Position numbers and translations under genes: made by a program
Shown here: positions 63,488-64,000 of the stretch, one piece after another
Layout: every line of letters starts with the position of its first letter
How positions within the stretch are numbered: the stretch's first letter is position 1
NCBI GenBank assembly: GCA_965214775.1
Contig: OZ243974.1
Span: forward strand, 2,752,001-2,816,000
Length of the DNA stretch: 64,000 nt
Direction of reading: 5' to 3'
From: Nitrosopumilus sp.
Lineage (GTDB): Archaea; Thermoproteota; Nitrososphaeria; Nitrososphaerales; Nitrosopumilaceae
Notes under the pieces: model-generated
Database searches by the model: none
What the model was told of the DNA's origin: nothing
Seen by the model: only the letters and a program-made list of their open reading frames with translations

Positions 63488-64000
63488 GTGGCAAAAGTTG
63501 AGAACATGGATGAGGCAATGGCAAGGATAGAATCGGCATTGTACTCTGCAGGCAGGCCGCTCAGAATCGAGGAGATAATCCGAGCCTCGGGTACAGAATC
63601 AAGGACAAAGACACTGGACTTGATCAGCATCTTGATCAAGAGGACAAAGTCGGCATTCAGGGGGCTAGAGGTGGCGATTCTGCCAGACGGCTCGTATGTT
63701 TTTCAGATAAAGCCAGAATACAGTGCAACTGTGAAAAGATATGCCTCAAAGCCAGTCCTGCCCAATGCGACATTAAAGACGCTGTCATATATAGCGTACA
63801 TGCAGCCGATCTCATCAAAGCAGCTTGTGGAGACAAGGGGGTCGGGAGTTTATGCACATCTCAAAGAACTAAGACAGTTGGACTTTATCTCGCATCAGAA
63901 TGTTGGAAGACTGAAAATTTACAGCACCACGGACAAATTCCAGAAATACTTTGGAATCCAAGGGGATGTCGAGGATCTCAAGCAGAGGCTGTTCTCAAAG
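63488..64000 (+). CDS. scpB: Segregation/condensation protein B (runs off the window end)
   Basis: GTG after GGTGGTGA; IESALYSAGRPL, LKTLSYIAYMQPI, ETRG, YSTTDKFQKYFG (not in the ORF track). Confidence 0.92.
   Translation, partial: MAKVENMDEAMARIESALYSAGRPLRIEEIIRASGTESRTKTLDLISILIKRTKSAFRGLEVAILPDGSYVFQIKPEYSATVKRYASKPVLPNATLKTLSYIAYMQPISSKQLVETRGSGVYAHLKELRQLDFISHQNVGRLKIYSTTDKFQKYFGIQGDVEDLKQRLFSK

Overview
Archaeal DNA, by gene content a Nitrosopumilaceae (Thaumarchaeota) chromosome segment. The backbone carries methylmalonyl-CoA mutase/MeaB, an M1 aminopeptidase, the archaeal shikimate/aromatic operon, thiC/thiDN, apgM, rps24e/rps27ae, pus10, srp54, dph6, aIF5A, intron-containing tRNA-Tyr, a cold-shock protein, aIF1A and scpA/scpB. 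Four accessory zones interrupt it (~16.3-24.9 kb, ~32.0-38.7 kb, ~42.8-51.1 kb, ~52.4-59.7 kb), packed with nested IS5, IS630, IS481, IS66, IS110 and IS3 elements, MITEs, toxin-antitoxin genes, a sulfotransferase and a tRNA-linked integrase island with a secreted serine protease. IS load, pseudogenes and trinucleotide expansions suggest a host-associated, degenerating genome (inference). Main observations: (1) three unrelated loci show a ~36-bp exact duplication flanking a 33-38-bp unique insert, i.e. repeat-spacer-repeat scars at non-CRISPR sites; (2) an IS630 element appears to duplicate CG instead of TA; (3) mini-IS110 elements keep a bridge-RNA-like donor guide and a head-to-tail junction, at the same site in two copies of another IS; (4) aroA is a decayed remnant inside an otherwise intact pathway. 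Coordinates were read by eye and no database searches were run.
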